From contig JBCLCL010000005.1 of NCBI GenBank assembly GCA_038915815.1, positions 3,955 to 67,954 of the forward strand: 64,000 nucleotides of DNA, given 5' to 3'. Made by a program: the position numbers and the translations under genes. How positions within the stretch are numbered: position 1 is the stretch's first letter; every line of letters begins with the position of its first letter. This document shows positions 39,724 to 48,854 of the stretch, in pieces. The DNA is from Candidatus Limnocylindrales bacterium (GTDB taxonomy: Bacteria > Chloroflexota > Limnocylindria > Limnocylindrales > CSP1-4). The notes beneath the pieces are model-generated. The model did not search any database. It had not been told where the DNA came from and was given only the letters and a program-made list of their open reading frames with translations.

Positions 39724-41670
39724 TCAGACCGCGACGACCTGGTTGCGCCCGGCGCGCTTGGCCATGAACAGGCCGACGTCGGCGGCCCGCATCAGCGCCT
39801 CGCGGGTGGGCTCGGCGTCGTCCAGGGCCGCACAGCCGGCCGAGACCGTGGCCTGCAGCACCACCCCGTCGGGGCCGACGACGGACTTCGCGGCTAGCGT
39901 CGTGCGAACCTCTTCGGCGATCCGGGACGCGTCCTCCGAGGTCGCCGACTCCAGGATCGCCACGAACTCCTCGCCGCCATACCGGGCGACCAGGTCGCTC
40001 GAGCGGAAGCGCTCGACGAGGATCCCGGCGAAGGCGCGCAGGACGGCGTGGCCGGCCTGGTGACCATGTTCCTTGTTGAAGCGCCCGAAGTGATCCAGGT
40101 CGAACATCACCGCAGCAACCGGCAGCTGCGCGTCGCGCTCGCGCGACCGACGACGAAGGATGTGCTCGAGCGCCGCATCGAAATGGCGCCGGTTGTAGAG
40201 ACCGGTCAGGGCATCGCGGATGGCGAGCTCGGAGACCTCCTCGAGCAGCTGGGTGTTCGCGATGGCCAGCGCGGTCTGTGCCGCGAGGATGGTCAGGACC
40301 TCGGTCTCCAGCGCGCTGCAGGCCGGCTCGCGGTCCGTCTCGCGGCCGAGGACGATCGCCCCGAGCACGGCCGCATCGCGGATCAGCGGGATCCCGGCCA
40401 TCGACATGGCCTCCGCGCTGACCAGCCCGCGCAGACCTGACGCGTAGCGAGAGCGGTCCACCCGCTCCTGGGTCAGGGCCCGGCTGGCGATCGCCCGGCC
40501 CGCCACGCCATCGCCGATCTCGATGGTGGTGCCGACCGCTGCGGGGTCCAGCCCACCTCGAACGGCCCGCACCACGAAGCCCCCGGTGGTCCGGTCGAGC
40601 GCAACGAGGCCAAGGGCGTCGACCTCCAGGACCTCGGCGATGGCGTCGGCCAGGCCGGGCATGAGCCGCTCGGCATCGAGCGTGGCGTTACGCCGCGCGC
40701 GCGAACCCCGCCAGCGCGGTGAACATCCGGGCGCGTTCGGCGACGGCCTGCTGCTCGCGACCCAGCACCATCGCGATCGAGAGCCGTTCAGCGATCGTCT
40801 GGGCCAGCCGCAGGTCGGCGGCGGTGAGCGGAGCCTCGATGGTCGATTCGATCGACAGGACGCCGAGCGTCGCACCGTCGGCCGTCAGCGGGGCAGCGAT
40901 CTCGCTGGTCACGTCATTCCGCCCGGCCCGGTAGTCGGGGTCCTGCGACGCGTCGGACACGAACGCCGCCTCGCCCGTTCGAAAGACACGACCGATGATC
41001 CCCAGGTTCGGATCGAAGGTGTCGGGCAGCTGGCCGTACCCGAGCTGGGCACCAAGCCGGATGCCCTCGCCGTCACGTAGCAGCAGGGCAAGGTAGCGAT
41101 AGCCCATCGTGTCGGACAGGGTGCGCATGACCGCTGCCAGCGACTCTGGCGTCGGGCCATGCTTGGCCAGCAGGGTGCCGATCGCCTCGATCCCGTGCAG
41201 CGCGTCGTCGGCGCGACGCTCCTCGGTGATATCGATCCCGGTGCTGACGATGTGGGTCAGGGCACCCTGCGGGTCGAAGAACGAGACGTTCGACCAGGAG
41301 ATCAGGCGCAGGGCACCGTCGCGGGTGACCCAGTGGTTCTCGTTCGGCTCCGGGTGGCCCGCCCGGAGGGAGCCGGGCCAGCCACCCGGATCGCATCGAC
41401 CTGATCCGTCGGGACGAGGAAGTCGTAGAACGGCCGGCCGCGGATCTCCTCGAACGAGTAGCCAGAGACGAGCTCGCACGCTCGGTTGAAGCGGAGGAAC
41501 CGCCCTTCCGGGTCAAGGACGCAGATGAGCGAGCCGGCGATGTCGAGCACCGCGTCGAGGAATCGCTTCTCGTCGGTCAGGCTGGCCCGCGCCGCAGCGG
41601 CAGCCGTTGGCTTGCCAGCCACCGGCCTGGTCGCTCGAGGCGTCCGCCCGCGAGCATCGAGATGGGTCAA
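39724..41670 (-). pseudogene. PAS-GAF-GAF-GGDEF sensor diguanylate cyclase, split over three reading frames (two frameshifts)
   Basis: Frame a (ORF 41302..42129, C-terminal part): EKRFLDAVLDIAGSLICVLDPEGRFLRFNRACELVSGYSFEEIRGRPFYDFLVPTDQVDAIR. Frame b (40688..41479): LRAGHPEPNENHWVTRDGALRLISWSNVSFFD..GIDITEERRA plus a GAF domain. Frame c (39724..40875): a second GAF, then RDALTGLYNRRHFD..ARYGGEEFVAIL. The first shift lies inside the PAS domain. Confidence 0.8.
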
Positions 41671-42806
41671 GCGCGTCCCAGCCTCTCGTCCGTCGCCCCG
41701 CGCCAGTCCACCAGGACCACAGGCACGCCGAGCACATCCATCCGCGGCGCGATGCCCAGGCCGGGCGCGGTGGACGCCGCCATGCGCCCGTTGACCCGCT
41801 GCGGCGCACCGGCTGCCGTCGAGACGGTGACGTAGCTGTTGAAGTCGGTGGCGGTGAAGAGCAGGCCGGGCGGCGTGCTGTGGGCAAGGTGGGCGATGGC
41901 GGCGGTGGCGATATCGCTGCCCCAGCTGTCCTCGATCGTCATCCCGATGCCCATGCTCACGCACAGATCGCGCGCCTGCCGTGTCCTGGTCAGGCCGCCG
42001 AGCTTGCTGATCTTGAGGTTCACCACGTCCATGGCCAGATCGGCCCTGGCGCGGATGAGGACGTCGAGGCCGTCGATCGTCTCGTCGAGCACGAATGGAT
42101 GGGGGGTGTGCCGACGCACGCTGAGGCACTCGTCATAGGTCAGGCACGGCTGCTCGATGTAGACATCCACGTCGGCGACGCCCTTGACCACGCGCATCGC
42201 TTCGTGCTGGGTCCAGCCGGTGTTGGCGTCGGCGATCAGTCGGTCGCCCGACTTCAGGACGGCGGCGACGGCCCGGATGCGCAAGATGTCCACATCGGGA
42301 TCGCCCCCGACCTTGAGCTGAAAGCGGCGGTACCCCTCGCCGCGATACCCCGCGACGCGTCCAGCCATCGCCTCGGGTGACTCCTGCGAGATGGCGCGGT
42401 AGAGATGAACGTCCTCGCCGAACCGCCCGCCGAGCAAGTCGCAGACAGGCAGCCCCGTGGCTTGTCCCAGGATGTCCCAGCACGCGATGTCGATGCCGCT
42501 CTTGACGTACGGATGCCCCCTCAGCGCGGCGTCCATGAGACTGTTGAGAAGCCCCAGCTGCCGTGGATCGGCTCCGATCAGGTGTGGTCCCAGCTCGCGC
42601 AGGCCCGCGCGCACGCCGTCCGCATATGCCGGCAGGTAGGACGGCCCGAGTGGACAGACCTCGCCGTAGCCGGACAGGCCGTCGTCGGTGTCCACGCGGA
42701 CGATCGTGCTGTCGAAGACGGTCACCGAGTTGCCGCCGGACCACCTGTAGCTGGTTTCGTGGAGCGGCAGCTCGACGCGATAGGCGAGGATGCGCACGAT
42801 CTTCAT
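41667..42806 (-). CDS. Enolase-superfamily enzyme (mandelate racemase / muconate lactonizing enzyme family)
   Basis: [84 protein letters not shown].. Substrate unknown. Confidence 0.88.
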   Translation of the reverse strand: MKIVRILAYRVELPLHETSYRWSGGNSVTVFDSTIVRVDTDDGLSGYGEVCPLGPSYLPAYADGVRAGLRELGPHLIGADPRQLGLLNSLMDAALRGHPYVKSGIDIACWDILGQATGLPVCDLLGGRFGEDVHLYRAISQESPEAMAGRVAGYRGEGYRRFQLKVGGDPDVDILRIRAVAAVLKSGDRLIADANTGWTQHEAMRVVKGVADVDVYIEQPCLTYDECLSVRRHTPHPFVLDETIDGLDVLIRARADLAMDVVNLKISKLGGLTRTRQARDLCVSMGIGMTIEDSWGSDIATAAIAHLAHSTPPGLLFTATDFNSYVTVSTAAGAPQRVNGRMAASTAPGLGIAPRMDVLGVPVVLVDWRGATDERLGRA

Positions 42807-42815
42807 GCCGGCACT

Positions 42816-43263
42816 CTATCTGAGTCGCCCCCCGCTCGAGCCTCGCGCGAAGCAGTTCCTGCCCCGACCCGTCGCACAGGCGGCAGGACCAACCGGCCAG
42901 CGCCGGCCATGCCTCGGCCGTCAATCTCGTCCCCACATCTGCGGAGGCCGCATATTCGAGACGGGCCAGGCGGGGGATCGCCCGGGTACTCGGTACGTCG
43001 CCCGCAGCCATGACCGCCTCGTCGAGCCAGTCCGCAGAGCCGATGGTGATCGGCGCGAGCACTGCCACCTCCGCGGTGCGGACCAGCCAGGCCAGACCTC
43101 GCTCGGCATACCAGGCCCGGTCGAAGCCACGGGCGGCCGAGTGGTACCAGGCCAGATCCTGAGCGTAGCGGAGCAGCACCGACGTCCGGAGCGGGCCGTC
43201 GGGCCCCGCCTCATCGAAGCGGACCCGGTAGGGCGCGGAACAGGTATCCGGGTCTCGCGCCAT
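42816..43263 (-). CDS. Hotdog-fold thioesterase-like protein; the 3' end is probably mis-framed at a C6 run
   Basis: The N-terminal 145 aa of ORF 42133..43263 are protein-like (YRVRFDEAGPDGPLRTSVLLRYAQDLAWYHSAARGFDRAWYAERGLAWLVRTAEV). Beyond about 42830 the ORF becomes Arg-rich nonsense antisense to the enolase-family gene. Removing 1 nt from the C6 run (42828-42833) gives ..LERGRLR* with TAG at 42816-42818. Confidence 0.55.
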
Positions 43264-43264
43264 C

Positions 43265-43942
43265 TCAGCGGTGCGGATCCGCCAGCGTGTCCAGCGTCTC
43301 CAGGGCCACCACGGCCGTGCCCTCGTGGGGAGCCGACTGGGCGGCGAGCCGGACGGCGCACGAACGGGCCGCGTCGAAGACCACCAGGGCGACGGTCAGC
43401 CGTTCGTCCTCGTCGGCGCCGTGGGCACGGGCATCGTCGAGTTGATGGAGGACGTCGGCATTGATCCCGCGCGCGCCCCACTTGCAGTCGAAGGCTTCGG
43501 CGGCTCCGTCGCGCTCGACGGTCACGTCGTACGGGTGGATCTCCGCGCGCACCCCGTCGAACAGGATGCGTCGCTCGCGACGGACCGCCGCAGGCCCGAC
43601 CCGGCGCGCCAGAAGCCGCGCCGTCAGCTCCTCGACGATGGCGCCGCGAACCTGGCTGCGGACCTGCTCGCCACGATCGGCGACCGCCAATGAGGCGGCC
43701 AGGATCGCCTCTGAGCGCTCGCGCTGGCTCTTGTCGATGGCCGCCGGACCGAACAGGCCCGGGAAGGTGGCCCTCCAGCCATCGGGATCGGTCGTTTCGC
43801 CGTTCATGACGGCTCGGGCGAGGATCCGCTGGGCAAGGCTGGCGCTCGCCAGCAGGTCGGCCGCTCGGGCGACCAGCGGATCGGCCTGGATGCCCGCGTA
43901 GACGATCGCGCGCGCATCACGGGCGGCGTCCTGGAACCTCAT
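43265..43942 (-). CDS. Hypothetical protein (225 aa) with a possible PD-(D/E)xK nuclease-like signature
   Basis: ATGA overlap with the upstream 99-aa ORF. GAIVEELTARLL..HPYDVTVERDGAAEAFDCKWGA could be read as an E..D..(D/E)xK arrangement. No family recognised. Confidence 0.5.
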   Translation of the reverse strand: MRFQDAARDARAIVYAGIQADPLVARAADLLASASLAQRILARAVMNGETTDPDGWRATFPGLFGPAAIDKSQRERSEAILAASLAVADRGEQVRSQVRGAIVEELTARLLARRVGPAAVRRERRILFDGVRAEIHPYDVTVERDGAAEAFDCKWGARGINADVLHQLDDARAHGADEDERLTVALVVFDAARSCAVRLAAQSAPHEGTAVVALETLDTLADPHR

Positions 43943-44238
43943 GACGGCTCGCCAAGGGCCAGCAGGACGACCTGCGGGAAGGTGGAGAGCCAGTCGATGG
44001 CCCGATGGGGGTCGGAGATGAGATCGATCTCGGCGATCGCCCGCTCGATCGCGGTGCCCACCTCGTCCCGCGCCGGCTCAGCGTCGCGCCGGTCGGCGAC
44101 CTCCGCCAGGCATGTCCGCCATGCCTCCGCGAGGTCGTTGACGTACGACCACTCGTCCTCGATCTCTTCGCCGAGTTCGGCCAGGGCCGCATAGGCGTCG
44201 AGTGCGCGGTCGATGGCGGACTGGATGGTCTCGGGCAC
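43939..44238 (-). CDS. Hypothetical small acidic protein (99 aa)
   Basis: MPETIQSAIDRALDAYAALAELGEEIEDEWSYVNDLAEAWRTC.. Helical, rich in D/E, translationally coupled to the 225-aa ORF. Confidence 0.5.
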   Translation of the reverse strand: MPETIQSAIDRALDAYAALAELGEEIEDEWSYVNDLAEAWRTCLAEVADRRDAEPARDEVGTAIERAIAEIDLISDPHRAIDWLSTFPQVVLLALGEPS

Positions 44239-44294
44239 GGTGCCAAGCCTACGCGCCCGCGCCGGGCGCTGCCGTCAGGCTCGGTGCTGGGCCC

Positions 44295-44552
44295 TCACCC
44301 GACCGGCACACTCCGGCGGGTGGTTCGTCGGAGAGGGGCGAGCTGGGCCGTCGGCTGGTCTGCGGCCCGATGAAGGAGGGCTTCCAGCCCGCGGCGGGCC
44401 CGATCGTCCCAGGCGCGCGAGTAGATCCGCGTGGCCTGCAACCGGATGCGGTATCCGACGGCATGCTGGCCTGCGGCGTCGAGCTGGGCGATCCGATCGA
44501 GCAGTGCGCGATAGAGCGCGGGCAGCTCCTCGGAGGCAGACTTCTGGTCCAT
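44295..44552 (-). CDS. Hypothetical small protein (85 aa)
   Basis: MDQKSASEELPALYRALLDRIAQLDAAGQHAVGYRIRLQATRIYSRAWDDRARRGLEALL.. High third-position GC and a helical pattern. No family recognised. Confidence 0.4.
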   Translation of the reverse strand: MDQKSASEELPALYRALLDRIAQLDAAGQHAVGYRIRLQATRIYSRAWDDRARRGLEALLHRAADQPTAQLAPLRRTTRRSVPVG

Positions 44553-44626
44553 CGTCGTCAGGATGGGCCTGTCTCGTCCCGACCGGAATAGCCCAGCAGT
44601 CCTACCCGCGACCAGCTGATGGATGG

Positions 44627-44935
44627 TCAGTCGCCGCGGTGCCCGCCGCTCCGGACCTCGAATGAGACGAGCGTCCCCGTCGCCGCCATCCAGGCCGTGC
44701 TGATCCCGTCCACGATCGCCGCCGGTGGCCCATCGCGCAGCCGTTCGACGAGGGCGTCCAGTCGATCGCGCGGGCCCTCCGCGACGCAGCGAACGGATCC
44801 GTCCGACTCGTTGGCGACCCAGCCGCTCAACTCGAGTGCATGCGCCTCGCGCAGCACGAAGAAGCGGTAGCCGACGCCGTGGACCCGACCGGTCACCCGC
44901 GCATCGAGTCGGACGGTCGGCGGGTCGGGCGGCAT
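44627..44935 (-). CDS. acyP: Acylphosphatase
   Basis: VTGRVHGVGYRFFVLREAHALELSGWVANESDGSVRCVAEGPRDRLDALVERL.. Confidence 0.88.
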   Translation of the reverse strand: MPPDPPTVRLDARVTGRVHGVGYRFFVLREAHALELSGWVANESDGSVRCVAEGPRDRLDALVERLRDGPPAAIVDGISTAWMAATGTLVSFEVRSGGHRGD

Positions 44936-44946
44936 CGCGGGTCGGG

Positions 44947-46191
44947 TCAGGCGGCCGCCCGCCGCCGCGGCCAGGCCAGGGCGATGGTGTCCAGGAGCAG
45001 TTCGGGGGAGACGTTGGAGGCGAGCAGCTCGGCGGCGCGAGCGGCCCGCTCGAGGAACCGGGTGGCCGCCCCGGGTTCGATCGCGGCGGCGATCGCCGTC
45101 AGCTCGTCGAGCAGCACCGGATCCCGAACCGAACGGCCGCCGCCGGTCTCGACCAGGGCGATGTCCCGCGCGAGGTCCATCCAGAGTGCCAGGAGAGTCT
45201 CAACCGCTCGCCGTCGTTCGGCGGTCGGGATCTTGCGGCGACCTTCGCCGGGCTCGTCGGCCGCCTCCTCTTCCGGGGCCTCGGTGGCGTCGTCGGCCAG
45301 CGCGCTCGCCGCCGGCGCGCCCGCTGCCGGCGCGGTCGCCTGCGCGGCGGTCGTCGGCGTCGCGTTCCTGCGCTTCCGGGCGGGCCGCGGGCCGGGCTGG
45401 ACTTCGTCGCCGGCCGTGAGTGCCGCCGCCATGGCCATGGCCCGCGGAAGCGCCGCACGCGCCGCGGCCAGCCGCGCCGCCGCGCCCGCTCCCGTCAGGT
45501 CGAGCAGGACTCGGCTCAGTTCCGCGCGGATCAGCACGGCATCGGGGGCGCGGGCATACGCGAGGGCGAGCCCGGGTCGTCCACCGGCCAGCCGGCCGAG
45601 CCTGGCGGCCAGTGGCGGATCGGCCAGATCGTGGTCGGCGACGATCGCCTCGATGTCGCGCGACCCGACCAGACCGAGCCGGACCCGGGCACAGCGCGAT
45701 CGGACGGTGGGAAGGAGGAGCGCTTCCCGATCGGCACACAGGATGATCACGACGCCCGCGGACGGCTCCTCGAGCGTCTTGAGGAGGGCGGATTGGGCGT
45801 CCTCGTTCATCCGGTCCGCGCCCTCGATGATGGCCACGCGGGCACCGCCCTGGACCGGCATCAGGGTGAGGTCGACGATCAGCTCCCGGACACCTCTGTA
45901 CCTGGACTCGGGACCACCGATGACCACCTGTCGTCCGGGCCCGGCCGGCCCAAGGCGATGGAGGTCCGGATGCGCGTCCTTCCCGACCATCGCGCAGGCG
46001 CCACAGGCCCGGCACGGCCTGCCCTCCCGCTCGGCCCCACAGAGCAGTCCCGCGGCCAGGTCAAGGGCGAGGGTCGTCTTCCCGACCCCGTCTGGTCCGA
46101 CGAGCAGGACGGCATGTGGTGCCGGACCGCGGATCATCGCCGCGATCGCTCCGAGTGCGACGGGCTGGCCTCGGGTGCGGGCGCCGTCCAC
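44947..46191 (-). CDS. holB: DNA polymerase III delta' subunit, with a low-complexity insertion
   Basis: HAVLLVGPDGVGKTTLALDLAAGLLC..RPCRACGACAMVGKDAHPDLHRL..AQSALLKTLEEP..LLPTVRSRCARVRL. An Ala/Pro/Glu-rich insert sits in the C-terminal half. Confidence 0.85.
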   Translation of the reverse strand: MDGARTRGQPVALGAIAAMIRGPAPHAVLLVGPDGVGKTTLALDLAAGLLCGAEREGRPCRACGACAMVGKDAHPDLHRLGPAGPGRQVVIGGPESRYRGVRELIVDLTLMPVQGGARVAIIEGADRMNEDAQSALLKTLEEPSAGVVIILCADREALLLPTVRSRCARVRLGLVGSRDIEAIVADHDLADPPLAARLGRLAGGRPGLALAYARAPDAVLIRAELSRVLLDLTGAGAAARLAAARAALPRAMAMAAALTAGDEVQPGPRPARKRRNATPTTAAQATAPAAGAPAASALADDATEAPEEEAADEPGEGRRKIPTAERRRAVETLLALWMDLARDIALVETGGGRSVRDPVLLDELTAIAAAIEPGAATRFLERAARAAELLASNVSPELLLDTIALAWPRRRAAA

Positions 46192-46199
46192 GACGCGGG

Positions 46200-48155
46200 T
46201 CAGGCGGACCCGGGGGTCGCCGTCTTTCGGGCCGCTCGACGCTTCGGCGCCGCGGCGGCGCCGTCGGTGCCGTCGGCGCTCGATGGCGCCTTGGCCGTTG
46301 GGCTCGCAGCCTTGGCCGCGGCCGGCTTGCGCGCGGCTCGGGGTTTCGAGGCGGGGATCGCTGTCTGGGCGATCCCTGTCGCGGCATCTACGACGCCGAC
46401 AGGCGCCTTCGGTGCGCGCGTGGCACGTCGCTTCGGCGGGGCTTCGGCGACGGACGCGAGTTCGACGACCCCGGCCTCACCGGCGGCGACCGCTGAGGGC
46501 CTCGATGCCACGCGGGCCGTCCGGGTGCTCGGCTTCCGCGCAGCTGGCGCCGGGGGCACGGATCCCGCGGCCGGCTCTCCGGCCGACGGCCGTTGGTCGT
46601 CAGCACGCGGTGTCGGCGTGGATGCGGGTTTCTGGGCGACCTGGGCCCTCAACATGGCCTCCAGCTCGGGTGGCACCTCGCTCCACGGTTCATTGGAGCT
46701 GCGCGGTGGGGGCGCGACGGCGGGGCGGTCCGACCGGCCGTAGCCTCGATCGTCGCGCCTCGGCTCGGCCGGGCTGGTGCGTGCGCTGACGTCGGGATAG
46801 CGATTGATCCCACCGCCTCCACCGCTTCCACGGCCGTAGCGTTCGCGGTCCATGGCCGACTGATAGGACGATCGTCCGCCCCGCGCTCCATGGCCGGCAT
46901 TCCGGTTCGCGCCACGGCGCTGCTCGGCGATCAGATACTCCGGGATCTCCGGTTCATCGAGGTCCTCGACGTCACCGATCGGCGGGCGCGATGCCGGGGC
47001 CGGCCCGGCGGACGTCCCGAGCTGGGCGTCCCAGAACGACCCGAATGGCGTCGGTTTCGGCGCACGTCGCGCCGGGACGATCTCCTCGTCGTCGCGGGTC
47101 TCGGGGCGCGGCGCCGCGGGCGCCCGGGCGGGGCGGGCGGGGCGGGCGGGGAGATCGCCTCGGGCCGGCCGGCCCTCGCCGCTCTCCTGGCCCTCGCCGC
47201 TCTCCTGGCCCTCGCCGCTCTCCTGGCCCTCGTCGGCATGCCCACGTCCACGTCCACGTCCACGTCCGCCGCGGCGGCGGCGGCGGCGCGGCTCGCCCTC
47301 CTCGATCCGACCTTCGATGACGGCGGTCGAGTCCGGAGCAACCGGCCCGTCAGCGGACGGATCGTCCAGGGTGAACACCTCGGCTGCAGCGAGATCGGCC
47401 TCGGTCAAGCCGCCACCGACACGCGCCAAACGCTCCCCGGGCAAGGCCACGATGCCCGCGCCGCCGCCGGCCGTGCCGGATCGGACGGCGACCGGGGATG
47501 CGACCCTTGCGCGACCGCGCCCCCGCGCGGCAACGATGGGTTCCTCCTCACGGATCCTTGCGCGGCCCCGGCCGCGTCCGCCACGCCCGGCACCGGTCCC
47601 CTCGGTCAGCTTGTCCGGAACCTCGGTCATCGACAGATCCGCGTCATCCTCGGCGACCCGTCGACCCGAGCGGGTGCCCTTCTCGACCCGGGCCAGCTGG
47701 ACGATGTCGGTGAACTGGTCGGCCGCCTCGATCAGGTCCGAGCTGGTGTTGCCCCGAAAGCTGATGACCTCGACCCGGACACCCTGCTCCTGGACGGCCC
47801 GGATGGCCGGCGCGAAATCGCCATCGCCCGACACGATGATGGCGATGTCGAGGTTCCTGGCCGTCTTCATCATGTCGACGACCAGCTCGATGTCCAGGTT
47901 GGCCTTGACCTTGCCGTCGCCGTACTTGCGGATGTCCTTGCTGACGACCTTGTAGTTGCTGCGGCGCAGGAAGTCGTGGAAGTTGCGCTGGTTCTCGTTG
48001 TCCGGATCGAGGCCCGTGTAGGCATAGGCCCGCACGAGATCACGCCCGGCCGTGGCCGACTTGAGCAGCGTGACGTAATCGATGTCCACGCCGGCAGACT
48101 TGGCCGCATAGAAGATGTTCGCCACGTCCACGAAGACGGCGACGTTCTTGCCCAC
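46200..48155 (-). CDS. NYN (LabA/DUF88-like) domain protein with a roughly 480-aa Arg/Gly/Pro/Ala-rich disordered tail
   Basis: The GTG at 48155 follows AAGGAG. NVAVFVDVANIFYAAKSAGVDIDYVTLL..RAYAY..LDIELVVDMM..DIAIIVSGDGDFAPAIRAVQEQGVRVEVISF. The tail contains GRGRGRG, (GQESGE)x3 and ARPARPARA repeats. Confidence 0.85.
   Translation of the reverse strand: MGKNVAVFVDVANIFYAAKSAGVDIDYVTLLKSATAGRDLVRAYAYTGLDPDNENQRNFHDFLRRSNYKVVSKDIRKYGDGKVKANLDIELVVDMMKTARNLDIAIIVSGDGDFAPAIRAVQEQGVRVEVISFRGNTSSDLIEAADQFTDIVQLARVEKGTRSGRRVAEDDADLSMTEVPDKLTEGTGAGRGGRGRGRARIREEEPIVAARGRGRARVASPVAVRSGTAGGGAGIVALPGERLARVGGGLTEADLAAAEVFTLDDPSADGPVAPDSTAVIEGRIEEGEPRRRRRRGGRGRGRGRGHADEGQESGEGQESGEGQESGEGRPARGDLPARPARPARAPAAPRPETRDDEEIVPARRAPKPTPFGSFWDAQLGTSAGPAPASRPPIGDVEDLDEPEIPEYLIAEQRRGANRNAGHGARGGRSSYQSAMDRERYGRGSGGGGGINRYPDVSARTSPAEPRRDDRGYGRSDRPAVAPPPRSSNEPWSEVPPELEAMLRAQVAQKPASTPTPRADDQRPSAGEPAAGSVPPAPAARKPSTRTARVASRPSAVAAGEAGVVELASVAEAPPKRRATRAPKAPVGVVDAATGIAQTAIPASKPRAARKPAAAKAASPTAKAPSSADGTDGAAAAPKRRAARKTATPGSA
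47171..47236. repeat. In-frame 18-bp tandem repeat (3.6 copies) inside the NYN-protein tail
   Basis: GGCCCTCGCCGCTCTCCT at 47171, 47189 and 47207, plus a partial fourth copy. It encodes (GQESGE)n on the minus strand. It is followed by (CACGTC)x4 at 47243-47266 and a (GCG)n run. Confidence 0.9.
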
Positions 48156-48214
48156 ATTGACTCCTTGTCAGCTGGTGGTCCGGCCGGCGCGTTCGCGCAG
48201 CTCGGCCTGGACGT

Positions 48215-48682
48215 TCATCGAGAAGAACGCGCGGCGACTCCCGCCGCGGTCACGGTTCGCTGGATGTGCGGGCCGGCCGGGCCGAAGCCCATCCGTTCCC
48301 AGCGGCTGAGGGTCGCCGCATCGTCCGGCCGAACGGCCTCCACGACGGTGCAACCCTTGTTGCTTGCCGAACGCAGCACTTCCTCGAGCAGCGCCGCGCT
48401 GATTCGCTCGACGTCGTACGCCGGGTCGACGACCAGGAGGTCCACCGTCCCGACGTAGCCGCCGGCCCTGACCGATGGCCGGAGCGCGAGGATCGCGCCG
48501 CCGACGACCGTCTTGCGGGCTTCCGCGACGAAGATGCTGGCCTGCGGCAGGTAGACGAGCTGGCGGAGCAGATCGGCCGCGCCGAGCGGACGCTCACCGC
48601 GATCAAGCCGCACCGAGGGATCGCTCAGGGCGACGAATCGATCGATATCGGTGACACGGGCCGCTCGGACCAGGTATTCCAC
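48215..48682 (-). CDS. GNAT-family N-acetyltransferase
   Basis: GTG at 48682: VEYLVRAARVTDIDRFVAL..IFVAEARKTVVGGAILALRP..GYVGTVDLLVVDPAYDVERISAALLEEVLRSASNKGCTVVEA. Confidence 0.7.
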   Translation of the reverse strand: MEYLVRAARVTDIDRFVALSDPSVRLDRGERPLGAADLLRQLVYLPQASIFVAEARKTVVGGAILALRPSVRAGGYVGTVDLLVVDPAYDVERISAALLEEVLRSASNKGCTVVEAVRPDDAATLSRWERMGFGPAGPHIQRTVTAAGVAARSSR

Positions 48683-48826
48683 GCCGACGGGTCCTACCTC
48701 GCAGGGTCGGCGACCAGGGTCCTCGACCGGGGCTCGACCGAGATGACGACCGGGGCCCGCGATCCGTCTCGTCGGGCGGCGAGTGCCTGGCACTCGCGAC
48801 GCGCTGAGGGACGCGGCCGATCGGTA

Positions 48827-48854
48827 TTGCATTCAGGTCGCCGGCGACTAATAT
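48827..48854 (+). promoter_or_regulatory. Candidate sigma-70-type promoter for the liv-type operon, with an embedded 12-bp palindrome
   Basis: TTGCAT (48827-48832), a 16-nt spacer, then TAATAT (48849-48854), in an otherwise GC-rich region. The spacer contains the perfect palindrome GTCGCCGGCGAC (48837-48848). Confidence 0.5.

Noticed and set aside
47126-47290. Repeat cluster considered as a possible CRISPR array
   Set aside because: The units are 6-18 nt and contiguous, with no spacers. They are in frame within a long ORF and encode low-complexity peptide repeats.
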